Assembly: GCA_963726255.1 (NCBI GenBank)
Contig: CAVSBL010000002.1
Span: 896,001-960,000, forward strand
Length of the DNA: 64,000 nucleotides
Direction of reading: 5' to 3'
Origin: Candidatus Bathyarchaeota archaeon
Lineage (GTDB): Archaea > Thermoproteota > Bathyarchaeia > 40CM-2-53-6
Below, piece after piece: positions 29,722 through 39,721 of this stretch; within the stretch, counting starts at the first letter, position 1; each line of letters begins with the position of its first letter. The position numbers and the translations under genes are program-made. The notes beneath the pieces are model-generated. The model saw nothing but the letters and a program-made list of their open reading frames with translations. It did no database searches and was not told the origin of the DNA.

Positions 29722-30222
29722 ATGACCAGTCAACTCTCGCTTCAGCAGAATGCCCCCGCCGCAAGGCTTCATTTCAAATTGAATGGGAAGCCCGTTTCAA
29801 TTCGAGCGCCCCGGGCAAAAACCCTTCTTCGCCTGCTGCGCGAGGATTTCGACCTGACGGGTGCAAAGCCCGGTTGCGAAGCCGGTGAATGCGGAGCATG
29901 CACTGTTCTTCTAGACGGTAAACCAGTCACCTCATGCATGGTGCTCGCCGCTCAAGTGGATGGACGCGAGGTGACGACCGTTGAAGGGCTTTCGAGCGGA
30001 CGAAGGGTTGATCCAATAATTCAAGAGTTGGTGACCCAGGGGGCGGTGCAATGCGGATATTGCATCCCGGGTATCGTGGTCGCGGCCAGGGGATTGCTCA
30101 ACGAGAATCCTCACCCCACACTTGGCATGATCCGTCTCGCTCTTTCCGGAAATGTTTGCAGATGCGGCGGTTACTCAAAAATCGCGGATGCCGTCGCCAG
30201 AGTCGCACGCGAAGCTAGATGA
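29722..30222 (+). CDS. xanthine/CO dehydrogenase family 2Fe-2S subunit
   Basis: GCEAGECGAC, QCGYC, NVCRCGGY. Confidence 0.92.
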   Translation: MTSQLSLQQNAPAARLHFKLNGKPVSIRAPRAKTLLRLLREDFDLTGAKPGCEAGECGACTVLLDGKPVTSCMVLAAQVDGREVTTVEGLSSGRRVDPIIQELVTQGAVQCGYCIPGIVVAARGLLNENPHPTLGMIRLALSGNVCRCGGYSKIADAVARVAREAR

Positions 30223-31103
30223 CGGGAGGACTTCATATTCTCTACTCTCACGTGGAAGTCATCTCTCCCGAATCGGTCGTAGATGCGCTCGAAGCGCTAG
30301 ATCGTTACGGCGAAGACATTCGGATAGTTGCGGGTTCGACGGATATTTCCGTCATGTTGAAAGATGCGCACATACGGGAAAGCAAATTTCTCGACCTTTC
30401 ACACCTTGATGACCTCCGGTACATCAAAGTCGGAAAAGATGGAATGATCCATATCGGCGCTTTAGCAACCTACGGAGACTGCACCAGAAACCGCGTCTTA
30501 CGGAAGCGGGCTCGAATATTACTTGACTCAGTCGAGACGATCGGATCGCCGCAGATCCGAAATCTTGCGACGGTGGCTGGAAATTTGGGGAATGCCTCAC
30601 CAGCAGGAGATGCTCTACCTCCCCTATTCGTTTTAGACGCGAAAGTAGTGCTCGAGAGCAAGTCTGAAAAACGTGAAATCTCCATCGAACAATTCTTCTC
30701 GGGATACCGCAAAACCGTTCGTAAACCAAACGAGCTAATCGGCGAGATCAACTTTCATCCCATAAAACAGGGGGAACTCACATTCTTCAGGAAACTCGGA
30801 GTTCGTCACGCAAACGCGATAGCGGTCGCGAGTGTGGCCTTTTGGGGGAAAAGAGAGGAAAACACATTTAGCCAGACAAGGATTGCGTTGGGCGCCGTGG
30901 CTCCAACGGTAATACGAGCTAGGCGAGCCGAAAAGATGCTGGTGGGAGCAACGCTGACGCCCGAGAAAATGAGAGAAGTTGCCAAAACCTGCGCAGAAGA
31001 ATCCTCTCCGATATCCGACATTAGAGGGACTGCCGCCTACCGACGGCAAGCAGTCGAAGCGTTAACATACATAGGTCTCATGGACACAACTCGCGCATCG
31101 TGA
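30219..31103 (+). CDS. xanthine/CO dehydrogenase family FAD subunit
   Basis: AGSTD, IRNLATVAGNLGNASPAGD, SDIRGTAAYR. Confidence 0.92.
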   Translation: MTGGLHILYSHVEVISPESVVDALEALDRYGEDIRIVAGSTDISVMLKDAHIRESKFLDLSHLDDLRYIKVGKDGMIHIGALATYGDCTRNRVLRKRARILLDSVETIGSPQIRNLATVAGNLGNASPAGDALPPLFVLDAKVVLESKSEKREISIEQFFSGYRKTVRKPNELIGEINFHPIKQGELTFFRKLGVRHANAIAVASVAFWGKREENTFSQTRIALGAVAPTVIRARRAEKMLVGATLTPEKMREVAKTCAEESSPISDIRGTAAYRRQAVEALTYIGLMDTTRAS

Positions 31104-31160
31104 GACTGAACAAGCCTCGCATTACAATCCGAAGAGATCCTGTAGCCGAGTAAGGACGAA

Positions 31161-31724
31161 ATGAAGCAAATCATAGTGGCCATAACAGGAGCCAGCGGAG
31201 CAATCTACGGAGTACGCCTGCTCAAGGCGCTCAAAGACGCAAAAGTGACCGTGCACCTCACAATCTCACCCGCCGCAGAAATCAACCTCAAACTTGAAAC
31301 AGGAATGACAACAGACGAACTCTCAAAACTCTCCAAGCACGTCTACCCGGCAACCGATTTAGCAGCTCCCATCTCCAGCGGCTCCTTCCCCATTGATGGA
31401 ATGGTGATCGTCCCCTGCAGCACGAAGACATTGGCAGCGATCGCGAATGGTTATTCAGACAATCTGATTACCCGGGCCGCAGACGTAACGCTGAAGGAAC
31501 GACGAACACTGGTCCTAGTTCCCAGAGAAACCCCGCTGAATCAAATTCACCTCAAGAACATGCTAACACTGGCCAGGGCGGGCGCGATAATTTTACCAGC
31601 CAGCCCAGGCTTCTACCACACCCCCAAAAAGATAGACGAACTGGTTGACCATATCGTAGGCAAAATAATGGATGCCCTCCATATCGAACATAGTCTCTAC
31701 AAACGTTGGACCGGGTCACCTTAG
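31161..31724 (+). CDS. ubiX: flavin prenyltransferase
   Basis: AITGASG, APISSGS, RAADVTLKERR, PRETPL. Confidence 0.93.
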   Translation: MKQIIVAITGASGAIYGVRLLKALKDAKVTVHLTISPAAEINLKLETGMTTDELSKLSKHVYPATDLAAPISSGSFPIDGMVIVPCSTKTLAAIANGYSDNLITRAADVTLKERRTLVLVPRETPLNQIHLKNMLTLARAGAIILPASPGFYHTPKKIDELVDHIVGKIMDALHIEHSLYKRWTGSP

Positions 31725-31731
31725 AGATTTG

Positions 31732-32841
31732 ACTTTGTCAAACACATCTAAACCTCAAAGGCTGATCGTAGACGCCCACGAGGACATTTCGTTCAATTCG
31801 GTCGTACTGGGGCGTGATTTTCTCAGCTCGGCTTATGATAAACGGGCCCGCGAGAGACCGCCTAACCCACAAGTGGGAACCGCAACCCTCGGCCTTCCGG
31901 ACCTGTTGCAGGCGAACGTCAGAGTAGTTTTCGCATCAATCTGGCCCGTACCCTGCGATTATCCAGACCTGAAAGTCACCCCATGCTACACGACAAAGAA
32001 ACAGGCGTATGCCCAAGCAAAGAAGCAATTGGAATACTATCTCTCGCTTTCGAAAGACCCACGTATCCAACTGATAACCGCTCACGAAGACATTGAAGCC
32101 GTGATTAATGCAGGCGGCGGAAGGTTAGGATTGGTGTTGTCCATTGAGGGAGGCGATTCAATCCCCACACCCCAGCACGTTCACGAATGGTGGGCCAGCG
32201 GAGTACGCATTATCGGCCCAGCTCACCGGAGAACGCAGTACGCTGGCGGCACAGGTCAACCAGGTCCGCTCACCCCAGCAGGCCGACAACTGCTTTCGGA
32301 AATGGCTCGCAGGTCAATGATTCTTGACGTATCACATATGGCTGAAGAGAGTTTCTTTCAAGCCCTGGACCAGTTTCAAGGCCCTGTGATCGCCAGCCAT
32401 TCCAACTGCCGCGCTTATCTGCCAACCGACCGGCAGCTCAGCGATGAGATGATTCAGCTTTTGGTCAAACGCGGCGGGGTAATTGGTGTGGTGCCTTACA
32501 ACGACTTCTTGCTCGCGGACTGGAAGAAGAACCACAGACCAAAGACAGACGTTACCCTAGCTGCACTCGTCAAGCATATTCGGCACATGTGCGACGTGGC
32601 GGGGGACACGATGCACGTGGGCATAGGGTCGGATTTCGACGGGGGCTTGGGTATGGAAAGCATTCCACTCGAAATGGATACCGCGGCCGACCTTCCAAAG
32701 ATAGCTGACGCACTTGCACAAGCTCATTTTGCCGACAAAGAGATCGACAACATATTGGCCGGCAATTGGTTAAGATTCATTCAAGAATCGCTGCAGCCTC
32801 GAACCTCCCGTCAGAACGAAAGTCACGTTCGACTAACGTAG
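31732..32841 (+). CDS. membrane dipeptidase (peptidase M19) family
   Basis: DAHED, LDVSH, ASHSN, GIGSDFDG, GNWLR; start uncertain. Confidence 0.88.
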   Translation, partial: TLSNTSKPQRLIVDAHEDISFNSVVLGRDFLSSAYDKRARERPPNPQVGTATLGLPDLLQANVRVVFASIWPVPCDYPDLKVTPCYTTKKQAYAQAKKQLEYYLSLSKDPRIQLITAHEDIEAVINAGGGRLGLVLSIEGGDSIPTPQHVHEWWASGVRIIGPAHRRTQYAGGTGQPGPLTPAGRQLLSEMARRSMILDVSHMAEESFFQALDQFQGPVIASHSNCRAYLPTDRQLSDEMIQLLVKRGGVIGVVPYNDFLLADWKKNHRPKTDVTLAALVKHIRHMCDVAGDTMHVGIGSDFDGGLGMESIPLEMDTAADLPKIADALAQAHFADKEIDNILAGNWLRFIQESLQPRTSRQNESHVRLT

Positions 32842-32882
32842 CCAACGAGCCGAGTCCGAATCCCGGCGGTCGCACCACTTCT
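32840..32882 (+). repeat. 3'-half fragment of tRNA-Gly (attR-like)
   Basis: 40/43 nt identical to 29607..29649. Confidence 0.9.
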
Positions 32883-32967
32883 CTAGAGACTGATTGTGCA
32901 CAATGGAAACAGAATTTTCAGCAACTCTTATCTATGCTCCCTCGCTTCAACAATCGCCGTGAGTTCT

Positions 32968-33360
32968 ATGGTGACCGAGAAAGTCATGCGATTTCAAGGA
33001 AAGAACAAAGATCTAAGTCAACTGTCGCAGCAAATTGCCCAAAACCTTCAGAACGAAGGGTACAAAGTACAAAGCACTTCTTCGGTGAGTCCTCCGGGGT
33101 TTGTAATTCAAGCACAGAAGGCCGGGATTCTGCGCGATATCATAACCGCTGATAGATGTTTCACAATTGCAATGAACGGGCAGCCAAACGATTTCACGGT
33201 GAAAATCGGGATAGGAAAGTGGGTGCAGAACCTAGCGGTTGCAGCCGCTGAGGCGATTCTGCTATCAGCCCTGTTCCTAGCCGTCGATGTCCCTGAAATG
33301 CTTTGGACCGTGCACATTGAAAACGGAATCGCAAAGAAAATAACCGAAACGATCGGCTAG
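32968..33360 (+). CDS. conserved hypothetical protein
   Basis: IQAQKAGILRDIITADR...GIGKWVQNLAV; start uncertain. Confidence 0.65.
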   Translation: MVTEKVMRFQGKNKDLSQLSQQIAQNLQNEGYKVQSTSSVSPPGFVIQAQKAGILRDIITADRCFTIAMNGQPNDFTVKIGIGKWVQNLAVAAAEAILLSALFLAVDVPEMLWTVHIENGIAKKITETIG

Positions 33361-33427
33361 CGCCCTCGCAAAGACAGCGCTGTTAACGGAGAGAGCGCTG
33401 TGTAAAATGGCGCTGGTGCCCTAACAG

Positions 33428-34045
33428 ATGAAGCATATTCTTGTAGTCAACCTCTTCCTCGACCGTAAACGTAAGTTAAGCTTCAACAAACTCGTTGCGA
33501 GAGTTAGGGAAGCGGGTGGGGAGGTCTCAACTGCTGACCAGGGAGCCTTGTCTAGCTCAGACCTGTCGGTTCTCAGCAGGTCCTGCGATGGCATTATCCT
33601 TAGCGGCACCGAAGCCTTGCTCACCCGTACGGCTGACCGAAAACAGTTCGAGAATCTCTTCGAATTCTTACCAAGGGTCGATGTCCCAATTTTGGGAATA
33701 TGCGGCGGCCATCAAGCAGTTGCGATTGCGTACGGTGGCGAAGTGGCAAAGTCGGCGCGCCATGTTGATAGCTTTCGGACGGTTGAACTCGAAGATAAGG
33801 ACCATCTGCTAGCCGGCCTGACGGCGAAGATCAGGGTAATGCAGAGTCACTATGAAGAAGTAAAGCGCCTACCGCCGAAGTTCGTGCGAATTGCAAAATC
33901 AAAGGACACGAAAATCGAAGCAATGAAACATGAGGAGAAACTTGTGTACGGCGTGCAATTTCACCCAGAGAGATGGAACGAAGAGAACCAAGCGGGCAAG
34001 CGAATTCTAGAGAACTTCATTGAAAAAATAGCTGCAAAACAGTAG
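33428..34045 (+). CDS. class I glutamine amidotransferase (GuaA A-subunit-like)
   Basis: PILGICGGHQ, GVQFHPE. Confidence 0.88.
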   Translation: MKHILVVNLFLDRKRKLSFNKLVARVREAGGEVSTADQGALSSSDLSVLSRSCDGIILSGTEALLTRTADRKQFENLFEFLPRVDVPILGICGGHQAVAIAYGGEVAKSARHVDSFRTVELEDKDHLLAGLTAKIRVMQSHYEEVKRLPPKFVRIAKSKDTKIEAMKHEEKLVYGVQFHPERWNEENQAGKRILENFIEKIAAKQ

Positions 34046-34142
34046 GTCGTTTATCAGAAGTGGAAGGCAGGCTAAGCGCCTGGGTCTTAGAACATAAAGC
34101 CTCTTCGGAAAAAAGTTGTGGGCGTGAGTCAGGGTGCAACCT

Positions 34143-35453
34143 TCACGCAATATCCTCATGGAGGTAAGGGTTCGAAGGGCTAAGTAAGTATGTGAAGCCT
34201 GCCCCACTCGCCATGAATAGACCGGCGACAATGAAGGTTACGTAGAATCCTAGGTAGAAGGAGATGAACCCTGAGATGAATGAGCCTACCATTGTTGCGA
34301 AACCAACGAATGCGCTGTAGATCCCCAAAGCGGACCCCTGCCCACTCCGGCCGAGCGTGTTGAAGACCATCACATTGGAAGCCGCGTAGTAGACCGCGTA
34401 CGCAAGCCCCGCGGCCAATGTATAGAACACTGTCGTATACGCGAAGAACGGAAGTCCTACGAAGAAGAAAGCGGCGACTCCAATCGCCAGATAACTGAGT
34501 GAGCGTAACACGAGCCCTCCGACGGCGCTCTGCCTCAAGTTTTGCTCATTCATACGTTTCCCATAGTAAATGAACGAGATTGTTTGGACGATCATGGAAA
34601 CTAGGGATACGAGGAAGACTTCGCTCTTCGAAACATTGGCTTTGTACAAGGATGGAACGAGGGACGTGTTGAATATCCCGCTGGCAAAGTAAAATGCTGC
34701 AATAGAACTGTAGAGCAGTACGGGTTCCCTTGTCAAGGGAGATTTTCCGCCCTTGAAGAATCGCCTGAAATCCATCAAGCTCGGTAATTTCAAGAAAAAC
34801 AGCGGCAACGCTAAGAGCCGGTGGAAGAAACTCCGGCTGAACATCACGATCATTTCGCGTTCAAAGACAAAGCCAGGCTCCTTGATCATAACGGCCGACA
34901 TTGCAGCCGAAAGCACTGAGAGCGCGCTCAACGGGATGACGAGAAGGGTGAACGGTAGGAAATCACCCCAAGCAACACCGAGCAGCAACCCAACGACAAC
35001 GCCGACACTTGACATCATCGACAAGCGAGCGAAAACCAAGGCCCATCGTGATTTCGGCTGAGTCTCCATTATCAGTAAGTTCAACGGCGTCGCGGCCGCA
35101 GATGACACAAGTGAGAAGATTGAGTAAAGGACGTCCACCCCATAGATCGTCCGGGCTGTGAGAAATAGAATCAGGGTTCCCCCAACAGCAGCGTAGCTCA
35201 GAACTATGATCGGTTTCCTTCGCTCAGAACGGTCTGTTGCGAACCCCCAGATTATTGCGGCTGGGATTGTCACCGCATTGAATAGTGTAGTTGCAAGGGC
35301 AATGTCGATCACTGACCCATGAAGTGTCAAGATGTACAATTGAACGAACGTCGATACCGGACCAAGTGCGATGTTGATGGGTAAAGTGGAATAGATCCAA
35401 TCGGCCTTCATCTCGCTTGGTTTCGAGTTATCAGTTGAGGAAACCACTTTCAA
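34143..35453 (-). CDS. MFS transporter
   Basis: About 12 TM, WGFATDRSERRKP motif A. Confidence 0.85.
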   Translation of the reverse strand: MKVVSSTDNSKPSEMKADWIYSTLPINIALGPVSTFVQLYILTLHGSVIDIALATTLFNAVTIPAAIIWGFATDRSERRKPIIVLSYAAVGGTLILFLTARTIYGVDVLYSIFSLVSSAAATPLNLLIMETQPKSRWALVFARLSMMSSVGVVVGLLLGVAWGDFLPFTLLVIPLSALSVLSAAMSAVMIKEPGFVFEREMIVMFSRSFFHRLLALPLFFLKLPSLMDFRRFFKGGKSPLTREPVLLYSSIAAFYFASGIFNTSLVPSLYKANVSKSEVFLVSLVSMIVQTISFIYYGKRMNEQNLRQSAVGGLVLRSLSYLAIGVAAFFFVGLPFFAYTTVFYTLAAGLAYAVYYAASNVMVFNTLGRSGQGSALGIYSAFVGFATMVGSFISGFISFYLGFYVTFIVAGLFMASGAGFTYLLSPSNPYLHEDIA

Positions 35454-35913
35454 TCCCCATGGCCGGCGCCACCAGGCTGATGGCTAGTTAGGCAATGAGC
35501 CCAAACGCTACGTCTAGCTCTTTACTGTGTTGTTTCCAATTTGCGATAGTTAGCGAACTATTCCGTGGATTGTTTTCTCATGGGCCCTAAGCTCCTCCAA
35601 CGTTTCGAAGAATCGCTTGCACGCGGGACAGATGTAAGTTCCCACAAATACTGGTTTATCCGTCGCCATGGGCTCCATCTACTGGTGGTCTGGTGTTCTT
35701 GCGCAACCATAAATGCGTATACTAGATTCAGACCCGAGAGTCGCCGCCTGTCACTTATACGAGAACTCCAAGGCATTGCACTGAATTCACGTCGCGCGTT
35801 GGTCTGTTATTTCAAAGTGTCGTGAGTCACCGGAGCACACGATACATCGTGATATCTTCCATTCCGATTTGCGCCTGAAAGGATTATACACACGTTTCGA
35901 TAACGCGCCATTT

Positions 35914-36705
35914 ATGGCACTGACGATTTTCCATGTGGACGCATTCACAGAGAAGCCCTTCGCTGGGAACCCTGCCGCAGTCTGCATTCTACCGGAACCG
36001 CGTGAAGATGGTTGGATGCAAAATGTAGCCCGGGAAATGAACCTGTCCGAGACCGCTTTTCTTCAGAGGCGGGGAAACGGGTTTAACCTCCGCTGGTTCA
36101 CGCCGGCTGTCGAAGTGGACCTTTGTGGGCATGCGACCCTCGCAAGCGCTCACATCCTTTGGGAGCAGGAAATTCTGAAGTCGGACGAGGCGGCTCGGTT
36201 TCACACTCGCAGTGGCCTTCTATTGGCGCAGCGCCAAGGTGAGTGGATTGAACTCAATTTCCCATCCCTCCCGGACAAGCGGACAAAAGTCCCCCGCGGC
36301 CTTCCTAAGGCTCTTGGGGCAAAGCCAAGGTACGTTGGCAGAAGTCGGTTTGATTACATTGTTGAAGTGGGATCGGAGAAAACTGTCAGGGGATTGAGGC
36401 CTGACTTCACCCGCCTTTCGGCTCTACCAATCCGCGGGCTTATCGTGACCGCCAAGGCAACAACCAAGCCATATGATTTCGTTAGTCGCTTCTTTGCGCC
36501 TAGGGCCGGAGTCAACGAGGACCCCGTAACGGGCTCAGCACACTGTGTCCTAGGCCCTTTCTGGTGCGACCGGCTAGGCAAGAACGAGCTACTGGCCTAC
36601 CAAGCCTCGGCTCGCGGCGGCGTAGTACGCGTTCGGGTCGGCGATAAACGGGTGTACATCGGCGGCCAAGCCGTCACTGTTTTACGAGCAGAATTCCGCG
36701 AATAA
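35914..36705 (+). CDS. PhzF family isomerase
   Basis: VDAFT..GNPAAV, NLSETAF, LCGHATLA, EDPVTGSAH. Confidence 0.92.
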   Translation: MALTIFHVDAFTEKPFAGNPAAVCILPEPREDGWMQNVAREMNLSETAFLQRRGNGFNLRWFTPAVEVDLCGHATLASAHILWEQEILKSDEAARFHTRSGLLLAQRQGEWIELNFPSLPDKRTKVPRGLPKALGAKPRYVGRSRFDYIVEVGSEKTVRGLRPDFTRLSALPIRGLIVTAKATTKPYDFVSRFFAPRAGVNEDPVTGSAHCVLGPFWCDRLGKNELLAYQASARGGVVRVRVGDKRVYIGGQAVTVLRAEFRE

Positions 36706-37011
36706 TTCCCTAGAGAGACAATACGCGAGGCCTCTTGCCCACTTATCACGACGATTCGTTTCAACCGACCTGCCGTTCTTTCCATTCTCTCCACCACCAA
36801 CTATATTGCTTAACACGGGCACGTATGCTTCAAGAAACGCTGGTTCAAACAGGGTCTTGGAGGTGAATTGAATGACAGTAAACATAACAGTAGCCAATTT
36901 ACCGACTTGTAGGAAGTGTTCTGAGGGTACTCTGCTCCCGGTTGCGGATACCTGGAAATGCTCCAATCCCGACTGTGACTTCGAATTGTAGTGCATCGGC
37001 GATGGAACGGC

Positions 37012-37049
37012 AAAAAACCCGGTGGCGCCCCTCTGCGATTGGGGCGTTT
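37012..37049 (-). terminator. hairpin plus U-tract after the DoxX gene
   Basis: CGCCCC/GGGGCG stem followed by TTTTTT on the minus strand. Confidence 0.4.
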
Positions 37050-37488
37050 ACTTGTTTGCTTTCTTGGCAATGAGCCCGTCAATGCTTAGTAGGGAGCTTC
37101 CATTCGCGAGTAACACAAGTGCCCCAGCCATCAGGCCGTAGTCCTTGGTTAGTGCGCCTATTCCCCCCATGAGGCCTACGCTGCCAGTGATGGCGAATTC
37201 TACGACCGGCCATACAGCTGTTAACCTTGTGAGTAGACCCAGGATCAGGGCGATCGCTCCAAGAGTTTCAAGGGTTGTGAAAAGATAGGAGAGGGGCACT
37301 ACCATGCTTGGCCCAAATAGGTTTCGAACAAGCCCGTTTGCTTGCGGATTTCCCGCGGCCAACGCAATCCAGCGTGGAATGTCGGAGTTGAGCCAAAACC
37401 CAGCTATGGCAAGTCGAAGGGCGACAAACGCGTACTGGCCCCGACCAGTGGGCTTAGGAAACAGAAATGAAGCTAACTTGGAATTCAA
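37048..37488 (-). CDS. DoxX family membrane protein
   Basis: LRLAIA, E..G.IALILGLLTR, LSID. Confidence 0.8.
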   Translation of the reverse strand: MNSKLASFLFPKPTGRGQYAFVALRLAIAGFWLNSDIPRWIALAAGNPQANGLVRNLFGPSMVVPLSYLFTTLETLGAIALILGLLTRLTAVWPVVEFAITGSVGLMGGIGALTKDYGLMAGALVLLANGSSLLSIDGLIAKKANK

Positions 37489-37539
37489 CGAAAAACCAGT
37501 CTGGCTTCATTTAGGCGACCGGATTTAAGCCTAACCCTT

Positions 37540-38037
37540 TCATTCGCGTAGTTCTTCAATTGTGTCACCTTGCGCGGCTTCGCCTTCCTCTTCTACGCTC
37601 GCGTACCAGCCCCTCCGCTGGTAGAGGGCTTTCACAATATCATTGTCCTTTCCAGCGTATGAAAGCACGTATAGGTTTGAGCACGGGTCGCAAGGCTTGG
37701 TGATCTTAATCACAGCTCGCCCAATTTTGTATCGCTTCCCCGGAGCGAAGCTGCTGTATGGGATTCGTGACGTTGTGAAATTTTCGCCAATATCTCCCGG
37801 TTTGATCGGCCAGCCTTCCCTGTTGAGTTCTTGAATTGTCTCGATGGGCATGAGAAGCACAGCCATCGCAGGGTCATCGTGCGCTTCCTCATGCCGCCAT
37901 CTGTTGAAGTCGCCTACAAGCCCATTCCGTTTCACTAACACACGATCAACCGGCCTCTTCGGGAGTCCTCTTTCACCATGCGCCTCCGCTTTGACATTGA
38001 TTTGGCGCACTTCACCTATGGCCCGTTCAGAATTCAT
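37540..38037 (-). CDS. MOSC domain protein
   Basis: GLPKRPV, GLVGD, GENFT, KPCDPC, RGWYA. Confidence 0.88.
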   Translation of the reverse strand: MNSERAIGEVRQINVKAEAHGERGLPKRPVDRVLVKRNGLVGDFNRWRHEEAHDDPAMAVLLMPIETIQELNREGWPIKPGDIGENFTTSRIPYSSFAPGKRYKIGRAVIKITKPCDPCSNLYVLSYAGKDNDIVKALYQRRGWYASVEEEGEAAQGDTIEELRE

Positions 38038-38620
38038 GATGCTCAGCCGAGCTTTTGCGTCTTGAGTGAGATTTAATGATTGACTGGGCGCTTACGCCGA
38101 CCGGCGACGCCCCCTCTAGGTTCAGAGCCTTCTCGTAAACTTCGTAGTCGGATTGCGAGAAGCAGACAAAGATAATCTTCTCGATGCTCTTCGTATTCTC
38201 GATGGCCTCGCTCACAGTTCGGGCGGCGATCGGTGCAGCTCTTTCGATCGGGAAGCCGTAGGCGCCTGTGCTAATAGAGGGGAAAGCGGTTGTTTTGACT
38301 CCATTATCTTCTGCCAAGTTCAATGAGTTTCTGTAGCAGTTTCGAAGGAGCTCGTCTTCACCTGCTTTTCCGCCTCGCCAAACCGGGCCCACCGTATGGA
38401 TCACGTGTTTTGCTTGTAGATGGTACGCTTTGGTGATTCTTGCTTCTCCGGTGGGGCAGCCGCCGATTCTGCGGCATTCCTCCAAGATTCCAGGGCCAGC
38501 GGCCCGGTGAATGGCACCGTCCACTCCACCACCACCTAGCAGAGTCGTGTTGGCAGCGTTCACAATTGCGCCAACCTTTTGCTTCGTAATATCGCCGAGC
38601 ACTAGCTCAATCTTCGCCAA
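38027..38620 (-). CDS. ymdB: macrodomain O-acetyl-ADP-ribose deacetylase
   Basis: [30 protein letters not shown]. Confidence 0.92.
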   Translation of the reverse strand: MAKIELVLGDITKQKVGAIVNAANTTLLGGGGVDGAIHRAAGPGILEECRRIGGCPTGEARITKAYHLQAKHVIHTVGPVWRGGKAGEDELLRNCYRNSLNLAEDNGVKTTAFPSISTGAYGFPIERAAPIAARTVSEAIENTKSIEKIIFVCFSQSDYEVYEKALNLEGASPVGVSAQSIIKSHSRRKSSAEHHEF

Positions 38621-38667
38621 CCCGCTGTCCCCAATACGATCTTCTTCGCCTGTTATTCGGTTCTACC

Positions 38668-39174
38668 CTAGTCTAATCCGTAGGGCTTAAGGAACGTGAC
38701 CACACGCTCCTTTACGGCAAAGTACAAAATCGAACCGAGTATGCCTATGGCTATAATGCTCCCCAGCATGACTTCAGCCCAACCGGTTACGATGGGAATT
38801 GCAAAAAGGTAGCTAAGGTAACTGCCTACAATCAGGCTGACTACGAGGATCTCGACAGCTACCCCAACCATTCCCCATGATTTGGATTTGTGGCGTGCTA
38901 TACGCCATGCAATGAAGGTTGCCAGAAAGTTAGCGATCGCTCCGCCCACCATGTCAACGGGCCCCAAGCCTCCGAAAATATTGGCGACCAAGGCACCAAG
39001 CGACAAACCCACAACGGCTGGCCAACCAAAAAGCATGGCGAGCGGCAGAAGTGCGTCTGCTACTCTCACTTGGAATGGCAGGAAACTAATTTGTGCGAGA
39101 ACCACTACGCCCACTGCGTAAACGGCTGCGAACACCGCCGTCAAAGTGACAGATACCGATTTCTTGCTTTTCAC
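38668..39174 (-). CDS. queT: QueT-family transporter (COG4708)
   Basis: AVFAAVY...ISFLPFQVRVADAL...GLSLGALVANIFGGLGPVD. Confidence 0.85.
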   Translation of the reverse strand: MKSKKSVSVTLTAVFAAVYAVGVVVLAQISFLPFQVRVADALLPLAMLFGWPAVVGLSLGALVANIFGGLGPVDMVGGAIANFLATFIAWRIARHKSKSWGMVGVAVEILVVSLIVGSYLSYLFAIPIVTGWAEVMLGSIIAIGILGSILYFAVKERVVTFLKPYGLD

Positions 39175-39177
39175 TAC

Positions 39178-39245
39178 GTAACCTCCCTACTCCGGGGTTT
39201 TGTTCGGCGCAACGGGTGGGAGGCCCCACTCATGCGCCTCTATGG
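39178..39245 (-). promoter_or_regulatory. structured 5' leader of queT, candidate riboswitch
   Basis: P1 GGCGCA/UGCGCC, loop GGGG able to pair with CCCC after AACAAAA, anti-SD GGCCUCCC; TATA-like CTTAATT about 25 nt upstream. Confidence 0.6.
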
Positions 39246-39309
39246 CGCAAACAAGGTCAAATCAGAATTAAGTCTTTCCGACACTGCGGGAAGGTTAAGA
39301 AAAATGTAG

Positions 39310-39329
39310 GAAAGGCCGCTAGGCCTTTC
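39310..39329. terminator. GC hairpin downstream of the 49-aa ORF
   Basis: GAAAGGCC-GCTA-GGCCTTTC perfect stem. Confidence 0.5.
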
Positions 39330-39338
39330 AGAAGTCGT

Positions 39339-39488
39339 CTACGCGACGGCTGCGCGGTTCTGTAGTTTTTTGCTCGCTTCTAGCAGCTTCTCGCGTGTCT
39401 TCGAGTTGCCGAGGACACCGGCTACGACTGCGCCGATTGCGAAGGATGCGAGGGCTAGGGCGAAGCTTCGTCTGGATTCTGCACTCAT
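39339..39488 (-). CDS. 49-aa single-TM protein (YtxH-like layout)
   Basis: MSAESRRSFALALASFAIGAVVAGVLGNSKTREKLLEASKKLQNRAAVA; SD AGGAGGT. Confidence 0.7.
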   Translation of the reverse strand: MSAESRRSFALALASFAIGAVVAGVLGNSKTREKLLEASKKLQNRAAVA

Positions 39489-39721
39489 TTGTTTTCTTAC
39501 CTCCTGTGATTGCGATTCGAGAGTGCAGTTAGTGTTTGAGGTATATTAATGTACCATAAATGAAACATTCATATACCAACAACCATGTAAGGTCTGGTCA
39601 TGGCAACCCGCCCGGTTGGACATGGTGGAATAGTCATAAGCCCGAAATCCTCCTCAACCCCACCAACCCATTTCTCCATGCCCACCGTCGGGCCGCCAAT
39701 GCGCGAAGAGGTGAAATTCTC

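Noticed and set aside
11079-32882. The 11079 5' fragment and 32840 3' fragment as a trans-spliced split tRNA pair
   Set aside because: No anticodon loop in either piece, a G-G mismatch in the acceptor stem, and no complementary leader sequences
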